From Basidiobolus meristosporus CBS 931.73 (lineage: Eukaryota; Fungi; Basidiobolomycota), in assembly GCA_002104905.1 (NCBI GenBank), contig MCFE01000057.1, positions 1-64,000 of the forward strand: a DNA stretch of 64,000 nucleotides, written 5' to 3'. Positions 10,534 through 23,647 of this stretch are shown one piece after another. The position numbers were made by a program, and so were the translations under genes. The notes under the pieces were generated by a model. It was not told the DNA's origin. It saw nothing but the letters and a program-made list of their open reading frames with translations, and did no database searches. Position 1 is the stretch's first letter. Every line of letters begins with the position of its first letter.

Positions 10534-13400
10534 TTTGGGATTGGTTCTATCGTGGAAAGATAGTAAGAGTGGTATGATTCTCAGTTGCCAGAGCACCTGG
10601 TATTTATAAGATATCCACTAATCCGCAGAGTTGCGTTTCCTGACTCCCGGCTTGTATGTTTACCGAATGCACTTCTAAGTCGACCTTTCCAAAGCAACAC
10701 TAAAATCCAATATGGTGTATATGCTTACAACGTTTACCAGGACGGAATCACTGCTTTTCCGACAACGCATACCAAGCATACTTGGAAATATACCTTATTT
10801 GGGTTTGCCTAAAATAGACGTTGCCTTTGATGCCTACTTCTCTAGAGAATATTGTATCCACCACTTCTACCTAGTGGCTATCAGGGGTAAATACTTCTTT
10901 GTTACACTACCCTATGCCTCATAATGGGGCGGAAAAGGTGCGTGACTGTGGCAGAAAAAAATTCAAGCGAAATACTTCAGCCCCGATATTTTTATACATC
11001 AATTACATACAGTGTATGTATGCCACTAGCGATGGATTCTGCCATAGCCTGTAGCAAGATGTTTTTGAAACGGTTGGATTCAGATAAAGCCTTGGCGAAA
11101 GGAAAACTACATGGCTGTTATGAGCTTTAGAAAGGGGCGATACTTGTATGTCAGCTGGGTTCGCAATTACAGCTGGAAACAACGAAGTCACTGCATATGC
11201 CAAGTCACTTCCGGAGTGCATAACCAGGAAATCGATTTTCAAAACCGGTGCCACGACGATCAATCTGCGAATCGTGGACTTTTTTGGAACATACATATTT
11301 TGCCATATTTGGAAATTACTAAAAACCGTTTCCTCTTTGATATTCTCGACTAGAGAGGCCTGTCACTTGGGAATTATCACAGACGGGTGAAGTGTTGTCG
11401 CCCATAATACATCAAGCGCTTTGGAATTGTGAGAGAGGAAGATATATTCATCCATGCTTTACACTGAAAGGTAACTTGCCCAAGTTAACAATGAGTGCAG
11501 CGTTACTAGCCTATGCTGGAAAGGGTGTTTAATGAAAACTATGAAGGCAGCGAGATGAGTGTCTTTGGCCGTCTCTGGGAAATGTTTCGCTAGGGCTACG
11601 ACATCAACAGAGGCAATATCCATTCATTCAGAGACCCCAATGGAAATAGTAGTGGCCAATATTGAATAAAGATTATCCATGATTTTCAGAATTTGGGTAG
11701 TTTTCCCGGATTGAGAACCAAATCCGCAACATGGGATAAATTGAACCACACAACAATTCTTATCGTGACACACATACTTTGATGGATCTGGAATATATCG
11801 ATAACATCGATTGTGAATGCTAGACGGCACACATTAATCTACACAATGACAATGCGATGTTGTGAAATTCATGCGATTAATCGAGCAACATTCGCACCCA
11901 GAAACCAGCGGTCGATCAAGGAACACGAACTCAAGTGTTTTTTCAAAACCGGACGGAGTTAGCTGGTTTCTAACTAGGCCCGATTCAAGGCTACCAAAAG
12001 CGCAATCTTAATTTCCAAGAAACAGGAGCTATTGTCAAGAAAGTCAGTCATTCTGACCTCCTATGATATACAACAATATCATGTATTTGACACGGCCTCC
12101 AAGAACAAAATTTCCACCATTGAAACTAATCTGAGGCTAAAGTCGGCGCTGTGGGCAATAGAAGCTTGTAAGATGAGTGACTGCAACTACGTGAGGAATA
12201 CAAGCTTATAAGATGAAGGACTGCACCTTTGTGGGGAAAAAAGCTTAATAAAATGCTGACCATGATTGGTACATATGTAAGTGTGTAGAAGAGAGGCAAG
12301 CCATCTAAATATGAAGTTTTCCTCCCTCTTACTTGTTACTGACATTGCTTCCCTGCAGGTAATAAATGCTTCTCCACTTGGTAATTTCGAAGTAGGCTGT
12401 AGGACTGTGCCATGCGCGGAGCAAGTAGGAGTGTGCTATTAAGAAGTATCCGCCCCTAAAAAGGAGTATCCACCGATGACGGAAGAGAAGACTGGTCTCC
12501 ATGACTCAGAAGCCTCTGGAATTCCGGACCTGGATATTGCAAAGCTCCAGCCAACTCGCGCTCTTATGGATAAGGTTAAAGGTCACTCCTCTGATAATCC
12601 AACTCCAACCAGTTTGATCAGGCATAAGTCATTGATCAAACTGTATATCAACCCCAACATCACCCAGCCAGCAGCCCAGGTCCGTGCTGGAGGATACAAG
12701 AAGCATAAGAAATCAGCACGCTGCCACTTCAAAACTTTAGTGGTTACAGACACTAGGCAATGGGCCAGAACAAGCTCTCAGTGGTAATATCTTCCATCGG
12801 CTTTATCCTCTCTACTCTTGGTCATTAGCATATTTATACATAGCTATCTATTTTATTCTAGTGCTAGTCAAAGCATCATTGTATTCCTAGAAATGATCTA
12901 CATATACTAAAGATCATCTATGTAGAATAACTGCTGAGTATGAGTATAAATACAAACAAATACATCAACATAAAGACAATTCTAGCCCATTTGGATGCCT
13001 GTAACTTGAGCTGGAGGGCAATGAAAGGCGCTATATAAAGGCACCCCACCCATCGAATGCCAATAACAGAGACCACCGGTACGATCCTTATAGGCTCGTT
13101 GTGTAGTGAACAAGGAATGGAGTAAAGATCACAGTGTCAAAGGCCTACTTGATATTCAGAAACTATCACTAAGTTCGAGTGTGGGTAACCCTGGTTCAAT
13201 GAAACACTCTAGCTGCTCTTTTACTCCAATGAGCCATCATGAACTGCTTTTGCTGTCTGTGGGTATCCTCCCTGAACTGGAGATGGATCAGCTGACATCC
13301 GGATTGCTTTGGCGCCAGCCACCATACATTAGTCATTCAGGCTTAGAATTAACCAGTAAAATCGTTGTGAAGTGACATTCAACCTCACTATCCAGAAGGG

Positions 13401-14501
13401 ATGACAGAGAGTTTAGTTATCATTGAAACGAAGGGCCCCGTTACCATCGTAACCATTAACCGTCCAAAGGTTAGGAATGCTGTTAACGGCCCCACCGCAG
13501 CATTGCTCTACCAGGCATTTCTAGAGTTTGACAAAAATGAGAAGGTTAGCCCTCAACCCGTCAGCTGGTTTCATTTTTAGCTTGACGCTCTTGCTCTCTA
13601 CGATAGTCCTCAGTAGCAATCCTTACGGGTGCAGGTATTTAACTCTGACGTACTAGCCCCGACTTACCTGGGTATTTACTTTTCCTTTGTTTTCTTCGAA
13701 TGCGAAGGAGGGAATTTTTGTGCTGGTGCCGACCTAGCAGTGGTTGGAAACACTCAAGAACTTGATGCGGCTGGGAAAACGGCAAACCCCCTCTCAGCAA
13801 ATTTCAAGGATATCGCACCTATGGGGTAGGGCTTCTCAGTCTGCTGTTTCGTAGCATATCAATATTTACCATTGCTCTGCACAACCAGGCCATCACGTCT
13901 TCGCTTGAGTAAGCCAGTCATTGCTGCAATATCCGGATATGCTGTTGCTGGAGGTCTTGAGCTTGCATGTTGGTGCGATCTACGGGTGATTGATGATACT
14001 GCAGTGTTTGGAGTTCTCTGCCGCCTGAGAGGTGACATAGATAAGAATTGTCCGTACTAGCGATCAGATTGGTAACCGGCGTTATGTAGGTGTGCCACTA
14101 ATAGATGGTGGGACCGTCCGACTTCCAAAACTCATCGGACAGTCCGCAGCAATGGATCTCATTCTCACTGGGTAGCTCATTTTCCTGTTCTCCGTATGTC
14201 ACCGCTTTTATTAACATAACATGGTGTTAGACGAACTGTGAGTGCAAAGGAGTCGTTGGAACTTCGCCTGGCTAATTATAAGGCAAGCGTCAACCAAACA
14301 GCCCTGGGAAAAGCGCTCGAGATTGCCGAATTGCTTTCAAGCCATCCTCAGAAGTGTATGCGTGGGGATCGACAGAGCGTTTATGAGGCGGATGCGGAGG
14401 AGGAGGCCATGAAAAGAGAATTCGAGATCGGCTTGGGTGTCTTGGCAAGTGAAGAGTTCAGAGAAAGGATTGCTGCTTTCTTTGCAAAAAGCAAAATGTA
14501 G
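13401..14501 (+). CDS. Enoyl-CoA hydratase/isomerase (crotonase family), 5 introns
   Basis: Spliced exons give MTESLVIIETKGPVTIVTINRPKVRNAV...GGNFCAGADL...SKPVIAAISGYAVAGGLELACWCDLR...GVPLIDGGTVRLPKLIG. Introns are GT..AG. Confidence 0.9.
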
Positions 14502-15060
14502 TCACGTTTATTCCTACCTGCCAATCATGGTCGAATCCTTAAAGGGAGCATTTATTGAGATATTTACAGAAATTCGCAAGACATGTACGAGTAGCTCAAG
14601 TCTATTAAAATCCAGCTCATACGAAGACGACTGAATAATTGGTGTGTTTATTCCATAACCGGGCTTAACTATCGCAAAGGATTGTCAAAGGCCTAATGAG
14701 TTATAAACATTCTAAATGGGGACCAAAGATGCCAAGAATTCCGCGCGCCCAGCAATGCATAATTCAGTTATTCCACTCCAGGGATTTCGTGCACGAATCA
14801 GCTGCTGCGAAATCACTTCCGTATAACCATTAATAGTAACAATTGGCTTTGCTAGATTCGTTTTGGAATGGCTATAATGTTGAATATAACCACTTACACT
14901 TGGATTCATTTAAGGTCTCCACCAATCCCCATGCGGCGGCAGTGCATGTCAATTTATAGCTCCAGTAGAACAATTGACCAGCTCTTGGATTACTTATAAC
15001 TACCACATCCTCTCGTTTGTATCAGCTCCAGTCCCAGTCCTGGCATACTTCTAATACAAC

Positions 15061-16276
15061 ATGGCTACCAAACCAATTTTCAAAAACGACTATCCGCCAG
15101 GCTATTTAAAAACCCTAGTTTTGTCATATTTTGTGGACTGGGTGATTGTAGCAGTTCTTGCCATTGGCTTTTTTCTTGTTGACAAGATTCCTCCTTTTCA
15201 TCGGGAGTTTTCCCTCGATAACAAAACAATCAGCTTTCCCCACAAGGCAAACGACACGATTTCGATGGGCTTAGCATGCGTAAGTTGAATCATGGGATGT
15301 TGCTTAGTTAGGTCTGCTAACGACCTTCGTCGCGTTGCTCTCTAGGTCTTGGTGTTTGTCATTCCTTTGATCTTGATGGCCTTGATTTCACTTTTCATCC
15401 GAAGGAGTCCGTATGATTGTCACAACTCTCTACTAGGTAAATGAACCTTTTGCAATACTAAGCAAGATAGCGTACTGAAACGTTACTAGGCCTGTGTCTA
15501 GCTATGACTCTAACTCTGATGATTACGCACGTACTCAAGGTAGTTCAAATATCACTTCACTACACATGCATACTCTTGAATATTGATGGCTCTCCGCTCC
15601 CAGATTACAGTCGGTAGACAACGCCCAGACTTTATTGCTCGCTGCATACCCTCCACCAAGGTGGATCCACCCCTCGGGTTGACTTCAGTCGATGTTTGTA
15701 CCCAGACAGATGCATTCATCTTCAATGACGGCATGAAGAGCTTCCCCAGCGGGCATACTTCACGTAAGTTATTATTGCAATGATGTACTTGAAGCAACCT
15801 CCTAACCAATATGCATGTGTAGTAAGCTTCTCTGGGCTAACGTTCCTGTCGCTTTACCTGGCTGGCAAGCTTCATATGTTTGACGAAAGAGGGCACACCT
15901 ACAAAAGTTTCGTATCTGTAGCACCAATGATTGGTGCTGCATTGATAGGAGTGTCAAGAATCTGCGATTATCGCCACCACTGGCAAGATGTGACGGTCGG
16001 TGCTATAATAGGTAGGGTTGAAAGTTATTAATTGTGTTTGCAGCCCTCTAACCCTCTTGCCAAGGTATCTGTTGTGCATACTTCTCCTACCGGCAATACT
16101 ACCCGCATCTAGGCTCACCACGATGCCATAAACCATTCTCCCCCAGAATCCCTCGCCCCATTGCTCAAAAGCTGGATATTCCAGAGAGGAATGGTACTGA
16201 TGATAACGACTGGATGAGATTAGAGAGTGTCACAGTGACTGATGCTCACCCCACAAAGCTAAATGTTACCGAATGA
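15061..16276 (+). CDS. PAP2-family lipid phosphate phosphatase (DPP1/LPP1-like), multi-exon
   Basis: All three catalytic motifs recovered across exons: K-ITVGRQRP, PSGH, SRICDYRHHWQD. Contains hydrophobic transmembrane stretches. Confidence 0.92.
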
Positions 16277-17641
16277 GATTCGGCTTTTATTTCGCTGTAA
16301 CCTAAATGCATTCATCAACATTAAGTATGTTGGCCCATCACCCATCACCCATCACATCTTTTTCTTAAATACAAGCTATGTAAACACTAGCCGTCCACTT
16401 CAAATAAATCACATCTTAAGCATGATTGTATATTAAGCGTACCACGGACAAGCCGATATTTCCCACTATCAAGCTAATTGCTGTGGACAGAGAAGAGGGG
16501 AAAAAAGGAAAGATTTGGCTGGGATAATTTATCATCTGATGCTGAACTCCTTCTGCCACTACCGCATTTGGTTGCTTGTACGACGTGATTCGGAAGTTGG
16601 GATTTCACAATAGTCCTATCTTCTCCATATGTGATCAACCTAGTAACTATGCGTCATCTTGCTTTATCTACTACTGTTCATCTCTCCGCCAAGTCGTAGC
16701 CGAGCACTGTACCTAATCCTAAGTGCAGTGGCGAAAACCATTAGCCAAGTGCCAATCCAAATGTTACTCACGATTGATTGAGGCCGATTCGTAACAACCG
16801 AAGTCTGGTTTCCTGCATATTTGGTGTAGAAGAGATGGTGAGATAGCGAGTCTTGGAAAACGAGCATCGGTTCGTGTGCCAAGATACATAGGGCTGCAGG
16901 GCTTCAATTGAAATCTCCAGTCGACAGCATGCTCGGTTCTCCACACCACTCTATGCCTTGTGACCCAACTTATGCACAGGTGCGCGGTGGGAAGATTTTC
17001 CAGGGCGAGACAAGCTCACCTATATTGCTAACAAGGAGCTAGAGTCCAGCCCTTGAACAAGCAATTGCCATGGTTATTTCTCGATGAATATCGGTGGGAA
17101 AGATGAGAACATGGGTATTTTGGCGAATCGCCGGTCTCTCCAGGATAATGGCAGTACGCAACAGCCATTTGATCCAAACAAACCACACCTTAAACAGTGG
17201 GGATATCTCCAAGAATCCAGGAATGTTTCTGGCACCTATTGGAACACATACTCACCTCTAGTCAAAACAACCGGAGAAATCCACGTGTTCCAAGGAATCC
17301 AAATCCCTTTTAAACTTTGACAGGAAAAATTGGTCAGCTGAGAGTTCAGAAGTGACCGAAATGGAAGATCGATTATATCATTGGGCAGCGAGGTCCTTAT
17401 TCGGAAGGGAGACCTGAATAGAAAGTTTGTCCCGAAATGTACACCCTTATCGGTCACGCATCAGAATTAAATCCGATCTTTCCAATCACGTTCTCTGAGT
17501 TTATAAGGGTCAATCATCTGCCGCAAGGGTGAGAAGGGGGTAGATTCCCTGCTATAAATACATGGAAAATCCTCCAGCGAGTACAGTTTTTAATCGCTGC
17601 ATATTCACACACTTCATCTGTTCCACATATTCACCTTCATC

Positions 17642-18397
17642 ATGGACCGTGGTCGTTTATTCCTCAAATCCAGCAGTCGACCCCGAAAACAGCGTAGATC
17701 GTCCACACCCAAAAGATGCCCTCAACCCAAAGCACTAAAAAGCCATCTCAATGCCAAAACCTCTCCAGTATTACCCGTCCTAACCATCTCTTCCGAATGT
17801 TGGGACTTTGATATTTCCAAGCCTGATGAGGTGAACTCGATATGCCCATTTTCCTACACCGAGTTACCCGTCAAGGGCGATGGAGTGTCTAGCATATTAT
17901 GCGTTACATTATCTGAGAACACTCTTCCCCAGGTCGACACTCGCATCTCGCGGGCGGGCTCTAAGCTTAAGCAAGCCCGCGAATCATTGACCCAAAGCGT
18001 TCATCCCACCAAAGCACTGTTTATTAAATATACGTACGACCTGCTGAACCAAAACAGCAAGCCGGCCAACTTCGAAGGATTCACAGGGTCGACCGAGATC
18101 AAGGACTGCTTCGGTATATGTCTCCCGAACAATACCCAGGAGGTCAGAGAGCGGAAGTATGAGCTTGATGAGCATCTGCCCCCTCGTTTGTCCGGGCCTC
18201 GAAGCGTCCGTACCAACCAAGAGTTCATTCGGATGAGTATCGCCGAGACCAACATGATCAAAGCACACAAAATCCTTCACCCATTAAAGCAGCGCCAATA
18301 CCTGCCCCGTCGAGAAGATACCTATATCCCCAACAGGGCGTCCGCACTGAAAGAATGCACACACGTCGACGACGACGTGATGGATATGGAACTATAG
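17642..18397 (+). CDS. Hypothetical protein, 251 aa, intronless
   Basis: Long ORF with an ATG start downstream of TATAAA (~17553). C-terminal motif RTNQEFIRMSIAETNMIKAHKILHPLKQR. Function not recognised. Confidence 0.7.
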   Translation: MDRGRLFLKSSSRPRKQRRSSTPKRCPQPKALKSHLNAKTSPVLPVLTISSECWDFDISKPDEVNSICPFSYTELPVKGDGVSSILCVTLSENTLPQVDTRISRAGSKLKQARESLTQSVHPTKALFIKYTYDLLNQNSKPANFEGFTGSTEIKDCFGICLPNNTQEVRERKYELDEHLPPRLSGPRSVRTNQEFIRMSIAETNMIKAHKILHPLKQRQYLPRREDTYIPNRASALKECTHVDDDVMDMEL

Positions 18398-19884
18398 GCC
18401 ATTCACAACTGGTTGTATTTATGGGCTCATCCAACAAATCTTCATGTACCATAACTGTATTGCTAATTGAGAGGCGCGTCTCATCTGCACAGGGTGAGAC
18501 CGCTATTAAGACAAATTACTATGCTAAGATTCGTTTCCCTTGATCCAGCGAAACGTTGGTTGTAAATAAATCACTTAACCCTGTGCCCTCCCAACTACTT
18601 CACCCTCTCGTGCAGGTGACCTTCCAAGGTTTGATTTGTATAGAAGCTAATGATCTGGAACATTGATTGTTTAACATCAGTTGATCATCACATTACCTTA
18701 GTAATCTACTAGGCTTCGCTCATGTGATGTCCAGGGAGGAAAGAATTTGCCATGGATGGGTAAGCACGAATCAATGTCCACGGAGGAAAGAGTGAGTGGA
18801 TTAATCGGTACATCAAGCTATCTTCTGGATATGGGGGCCCCTTGGGGTTATGAAAACACAGCTAAGCCGTTTCGGTCGCGCTGTCATTCAGAATAATGTG
18901 TCCAAAAAAAGGCCGCTGCCAAGCAGAGGTCACGTTCTCGGGCTACACGGGTGAAGCCAAGGTTGGCGTGAAGGGACAGAATGGGTTTGATTTGGCTTTG
19001 GCCATTCGAAGGAAGCTTCTCTCTCCTCGCCTGACAGGACCCTACCCGTTGCCAGAAAAAGACGGCTCATCTATATTGTCCCTCCGGATTCGACGGATTT
19101 CCTGGTGGTCGATTGGCTGATGCCCGAGATAGGCTGTTCCTTCTGATTACTGGTCGCTAAAAAAGGAGGGAAGCATTTTGGTTGTCTGCAGGCCCATGTG
19201 CTCGTGACATGGGGGTATTCGTGGAAACTCTATTTGGATGTTTTCTAGGATCGAGGTTGCTACCAATGTGCTCCCATGGTCGCGCTACACGGCGGTTGGA
19301 ATTTACTCCCCTGAGATACGCCCGGCTTTCTATCATGGATGCTCGCTTCAACTTGGCACCCGTGACCTTTCGGGTACCTGCTCAACAATATCTTCTATAC
19401 ACACCCTTGTCCCACTACCTGGGTACCCGCGAGTAATCCATCCCGGGCCACTCGACTGATCTCAGTAACAAACACATAACCAGCTTTCCAAAAGCCATTT
19501 CTGTTTCAAATTCATTACTTACACACCAATCAACAACCGTCCAACATACACGGTCAGTACTTTGGCCGAAAGGCTTTGGTGTGGTTTCTTTGACAAAGGG
19601 CGTATGAAATTGAGCGCTCGTATGAACACCGGACGGCTAGAGAGTTCGTTTCGTCCAGCTTAGGCGTCTGGGGGTTGGATACCTACCGATTCCTATATCA
19701 TCCCCAATACGGTATTGGAACGATCATGTTGCCGATTAGGTTGTTTGTGTATGTTTCGCGCTAGGGTTTGCGATGAATCAGTGGTTCGCACAAGAAATGA
19801 CCTCCATGCAATCAAATCTTTATGACAATAAGTAAAGTTCATTTATTCATTGGTGAGTTCCATCGGTTGTCGTTAAACATGATT

Positions 19885-21624
19885 TCATGCGGATCCAAGA
19901 TCCCAGAATTGGGGAGTGACGGGCTGAACGAATTTGGCGGATGCGCGTGCCTCGGGTGCTTGGCTGCCCTTCACCTCGAACAAGATGGCCATGTTGAGCT
20001 CAGGTTCCTTAGAGGCGTCACTAACCACGGTCACAAGAGTTCCTTGTTGGGTGTAAGTACCACGGGTGACTGCGGTGACGTTCTGGCCGGCTGGGAGAGC
20101 GAACTCCACTTTCCACTGGTTGGTGAATGCCTTGCTGGTGGTACGGACACGAACCAAAGTGGTAAATTCGGTGGTGGTGGTGGCGTCTCCACGAACAAAG
20201 TCGATCAGGGCATCCTTCACTGGAGCCTTGGTTTCGGGAGCTCTCTTGCGAAGTGGGGTGGTGGCGCTACAAGCCTGGACATCCTTACCATTGGTCCAGT
20301 CGCAGTAAACAGAGGAGGAGCTCTTGACACAGTAGAGGGACTTATCAGTGCTGCAAGCGCTCAGGATCCACTTGCCATTGTCGCATCTAGCGTAGTTATA
20401 ACCATTGCATCCCATCTGTGTTCCGGTGCAGCTTCCTCCTTGAACTGGGCAGTTGGGATCGGTAGTAGGAACTGGAGATTGCGTAGAAGTGGTAGTGGTG
20501 GTGGCTGGCTTGCTGGTGGTGGTGGTAGTTGGCTTGGTGGTGGCGGAGGTGGTGGTTGGCTTGGTGGTGGCGGTTGAAGTTGGGGTTGCGGTGGTAGTTG
20601 GAGGCACTGTGGTTCCAGGGTTACCCTTGCAGGTGGCACCTGATTTCAACTGCTGCTTGATTTGCTTGGCAAAGCTCGAGCCGCCATCAGTGTTCATATC
20701 CGAGGTCGAAGCATCCCAAGTCATAACTCCACCAAACGAAGAATACTTGCTTCTGGTGTTCTGGATGATTGAGTTGAGTTGCGAGGCTGGAACGTATCCG
20801 GAACTGGCCGATCTAGCGGAGCCCGGGACACCCAAGTAAATCTTCACATCCTTGTTCACCGAGTTGGTGGTTGCCCAGTTGTGCCAGGTGTCGTAGTTGA
20901 ACTGAGCAGAATTACTAGCCGCGCAGTAGTTGTTGTAGAATTGCACGAACACCATGTCGAACCAAGCACTGTTCAAGGCAGAGCCCAAGAAAGCATCTGG
21001 GAAGGGGCACTGGGGAGCGCCGGTGATGTAGTACTTCTTGCTGGAGTCCTGGGCGTAGTAACTACGGAGGCCGTTGATCAATGCAGAATAGCCAACGGTG
21101 CCACCACCTTCGATATCCAAATCCACACCGTCAAGCACAGCCGATCCGAATGGACGAGTGGTTGACGATCCACCGAGGAAAAGATCCCACACCGTCTTGG
21201 CAAATTTGGTGGCGTCAGCGTCGTTACTGAATCCATAGGAACCAGCAGCACCGCCCAATGACATGATGACTTTCTTGCCCTTAGACTGGCAGTACTTGAT
21301 ATCCTCACCAATATCCGGGCAGCTCAAGAGAGAGGTTCCGGGGAAGAAGGTGGAATCACAATGATAGGAGAGATTGATCTCTGGAAGTTTGTTCGTACCA
21401 GCGTTGAAAACGTGTAAGAAGGCCATGTTGATAACGTCAACGGTATCATCCTCGCAGTAGCCTCTTACGGACTTTTCCCACTTGGTCTTATCTGGTGTAC
21501 CAATGCCGTATGAGTTCTGACCCCAGTATGTGACGAAGTTGTTGTTGCAGCTTTCATCATAAGCAGAAACAATGGCAAGACTGGCAATGACACTTGAGAG
21601 CGCAAACAAGCGGGAGGTAAGCAT
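19885..21624 (-). CDS. GH18 class III (Cts1-like) chitinase: signal peptide, catalytic domain, Thr-rich linker, Cys-rich CBM19-like module, C-terminal beta-rich module
   Basis: VTYWGQNS, LDGVDLDIEGG (DxxDxDxE), ITGAPQCPFPD, VQFYNNYC, FGGVMTWD motifs. Linker PPTTTATPT...; Cys module CPVQGGSC...C...C...C...C. Confidence 0.95.
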   Translation of the reverse strand: MLTSRLFALSSVIASLAIVSAYDESCNNNFVTYWGQNSYGIGTPDKTKWEKSVRGYCEDDTVDVINMAFLHVFNAGTNKLPEINLSYHCDSTFFPGTSLLSCPDIGEDIKYCQSKGKKVIMSLGGAAGSYGFSNDADATKFAKTVWDLFLGGSSTTRPFGSAVLDGVDLDIEGGGTVGYSALINGLRSYYAQDSSKKYYITGAPQCPFPDAFLGSALNSAWFDMVFVQFYNNYCAASNSAQFNYDTWHNWATTNSVNKDVKIYLGVPGSARSASSGYVPASQLNSIIQNTRSKYSSFGGVMTWDASTSDMNTDGGSSFAKQIKQQLKSGATCKGNPGTTVPPTTTATPTSTATTKPTTTSATTKPTTTTTSKPATTTTTSTQSPVPTTDPNCPVQGGSCTGTQMGCNGYNYARCDNGKWILSACSTDKSLYCVKSSSSVYCDWTNGKDVQACSATTPLRKRAPETKAPVKDALIDFVRGDATTTTEFTTLVRVRTTSKAFTNQWKVEFALPAGQNVTAVTRGTYTQQGTLVTVVSDASKEPELNMAILFEVKGSQAPEARASAKFVQPVTPQFWDLGSA

Positions 21625-22685
21625 ATTGATGTCTTGGTATCAGAAGGCAATGGGAATGTTGTGATTGTCCTTTACTGCCCCTTTCGAATCTCTTTTATAG
21701 CTATTTTGTCAGCGACTTTCCATTTCTCACGCGAACTGCCAAACCCGCTCATTGTGTATGGTTGTACCTCATTGCTCTTTACGTTTCGTCGCTTCATCAT
21801 CCGCACGAATGTACACCGTCTCTTCGGCAGTCATGTGGCGTGATGATCAAGTGTGAAAGGTTGCGGTTGCACAATCCATGATCAGTATTTCTAATAACGA
21901 TCTACTCAACGTTCTTCATATTACGAATCTGAGTTAGAAATGGTTTCCTTCGGGGAGCAGCGGTGAGGATGCGCTTTGGGTCGGCTCTTTGAATGCTCTA
22001 ATGCTCCCTCAATTTAGCCTTATATTTGCCCTTGTCATCCAGTAAACCTGTTGGATGGCCTGTATCCATGGCCCATCCATACTAAAATCATCTAATCGTT
22101 TAGCTATATTAGGCCTGCCCTTTAGTAGCACTTGCAGCAATGCGTAGATCCTTGCTATTACATGAAGGTCAGGGAAATTCCTCGAAGCAACCAGGCTGAG
22201 TTGGTTTGGCTGCTTTGATATGGCAAGGACGGGCCGTGTTCTGGAGTCATGACTAAGAGCGTCCTGATGCCCTGTAGGTGTATATCATCAGGGAACCCGG
22301 CATGGTCATCAAGGTCACTTCCAATATGGGTGATATTTAATGGGCACTTCGAGTGATCGTAGATGATGGTTGTGGGACGAGTGACTGCAATTTATGCTTG
22401 CAGCTTGTTGGGAGGCATATATTGATTATTTGGGTTACATTGGGGATTACAAGTTGAAATATAGCCATTAAAGGCACCAGCATAATGAGTGTATGTACTT
22501 TGCTAACCAAGATTCAATGCGTTTGGAAATAGGAGTTGGGGTGCATGTTTTCAGTAGGACGATCTGGCCAATCACTGAGTACCATGACATTGGTGTTACA
22601 CAAAGCAATGTTGGACTGCTTAGCCATGCCAGGGTGGGTGGTAAGCCACCATCCTCTCCTGAGTTCGTAACCGTTTGTAAGAACA

Positions 22686-23412
22686 ATGAACAACCTGACT
22701 CTCTACACTGCCAAAGCCCTGGTTCTACTCGACTCAGAGGGAAAGCGCCTATTAGCCAAATACTACAAGACCGGCGTAACCGAGTTTCCAAAGTTGAAGG
22801 ATCAACAGCGATTCGAAAAAACACTATTCGAGAAAACGAGGCGTAGCAATGGTTGGTGGAGCACCGTCCTTCTCCAACAACCAACTCCCCTTTGTCTAAC
22901 CAAAATCTCTAGGCGAGATCATCCTACTTGATGGCCAGGTTGTGGTGTACCAAAGCTCGGTGGATGTATTTTTCTACCTGGTAGGAAGTGGGGACGAAAA
23001 CGAGCTTCTACTGAGTACTGTGCTGAATGGCTATCACGATGCGTTGAGTATTCTGCTGGGGTAGGTTGTGTCGATGGTATTGCCATCCCCCACTTTTACT
23101 AAGGCGTGCACATAGACAGCAACTTGAGAAGCGCAATATTCTGGACCATTACGATCTCGTCACCCTAGCGCTAGACGAGTGCATCGATGACGGGTAATTA
23201 GGAAGCATTCTCTGACTAAAGCTAAATTACCTATTTACTTACTGCTCTGAAGCATTGTTTTGGAGGTTGATCCGGAGCTAATCGTAAGCCGAGTATCCAA
23301 GCGGGGAAGCCAAGATATGTTTGACAACGCTCTGACCGATCAAACTTTGATGCAGGCCTATCAAACAGCGAAGGAAAGATTCGCCGGGTCATTCTTGAAG
23401 GGCTCAACATAG
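22686..23412 (+). CDS. RET3: Coatomer subunit zeta (COPZ/Ret3), 3 introns
   Basis: LYTAKALVLLDSEGKRLLAKYY, FEKTLFEKT, VGSGDENELLL, YDLVTLALDECIDDGIVLE. Stop TAG at 23410-23412. Confidence 0.92.
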
Positions 23413-23647
23413 GCCTCCATTATCAACAACAATGAAATTAAATATTAAAGGCGACTATTTACAATTTGTTTCCTGTAAATGCTCATAACATACGCATGCA
23501 TCCGAATCGATCCCATTTTGTTGGCCATGATAATGGGGTGTAGATCTTGTCGGTCATGAGTGGACATAATGCCCGCCAGATGCATATAAGCTAGCCCCTC
23601 CTCCGAGGCTCCTCACATTTTCTTCTATCATTATTCGTTTGTTTGGA

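Noticed and set aside
8998-10563. 521-aa plus-strand ORF, and 8083-8919, antisense to urease
   Set aside because: Shadow ORFs expected from the strong codon bias of urease; no recognisable domain.
10924-11130. VTVAEKNS resembling the topoisomerase III N-terminus
   Set aside because: No downstream Toprim motifs (TSV.GH, D.DREGE) in any frame.
13401-14501. Bacteria-like crotonase as a recent horizontal transfer
   Set aside because: It has five canonical spliceosomal introns and host-like composition; this subgroup also occurs in eukaryotes.
16300-19800. Short ORFs flanking the 251-aa gene (16.3-17.5 kb and 18.4-19.8 kb)
   Set aside because: No consistent frame, motif or exon chain could be assembled.
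19822-21165. Gly/Val-rich plus-strand ORFs opposite the chitinase
   Set aside because: Antisense readings of the Thr/Pro linker and biased codons.
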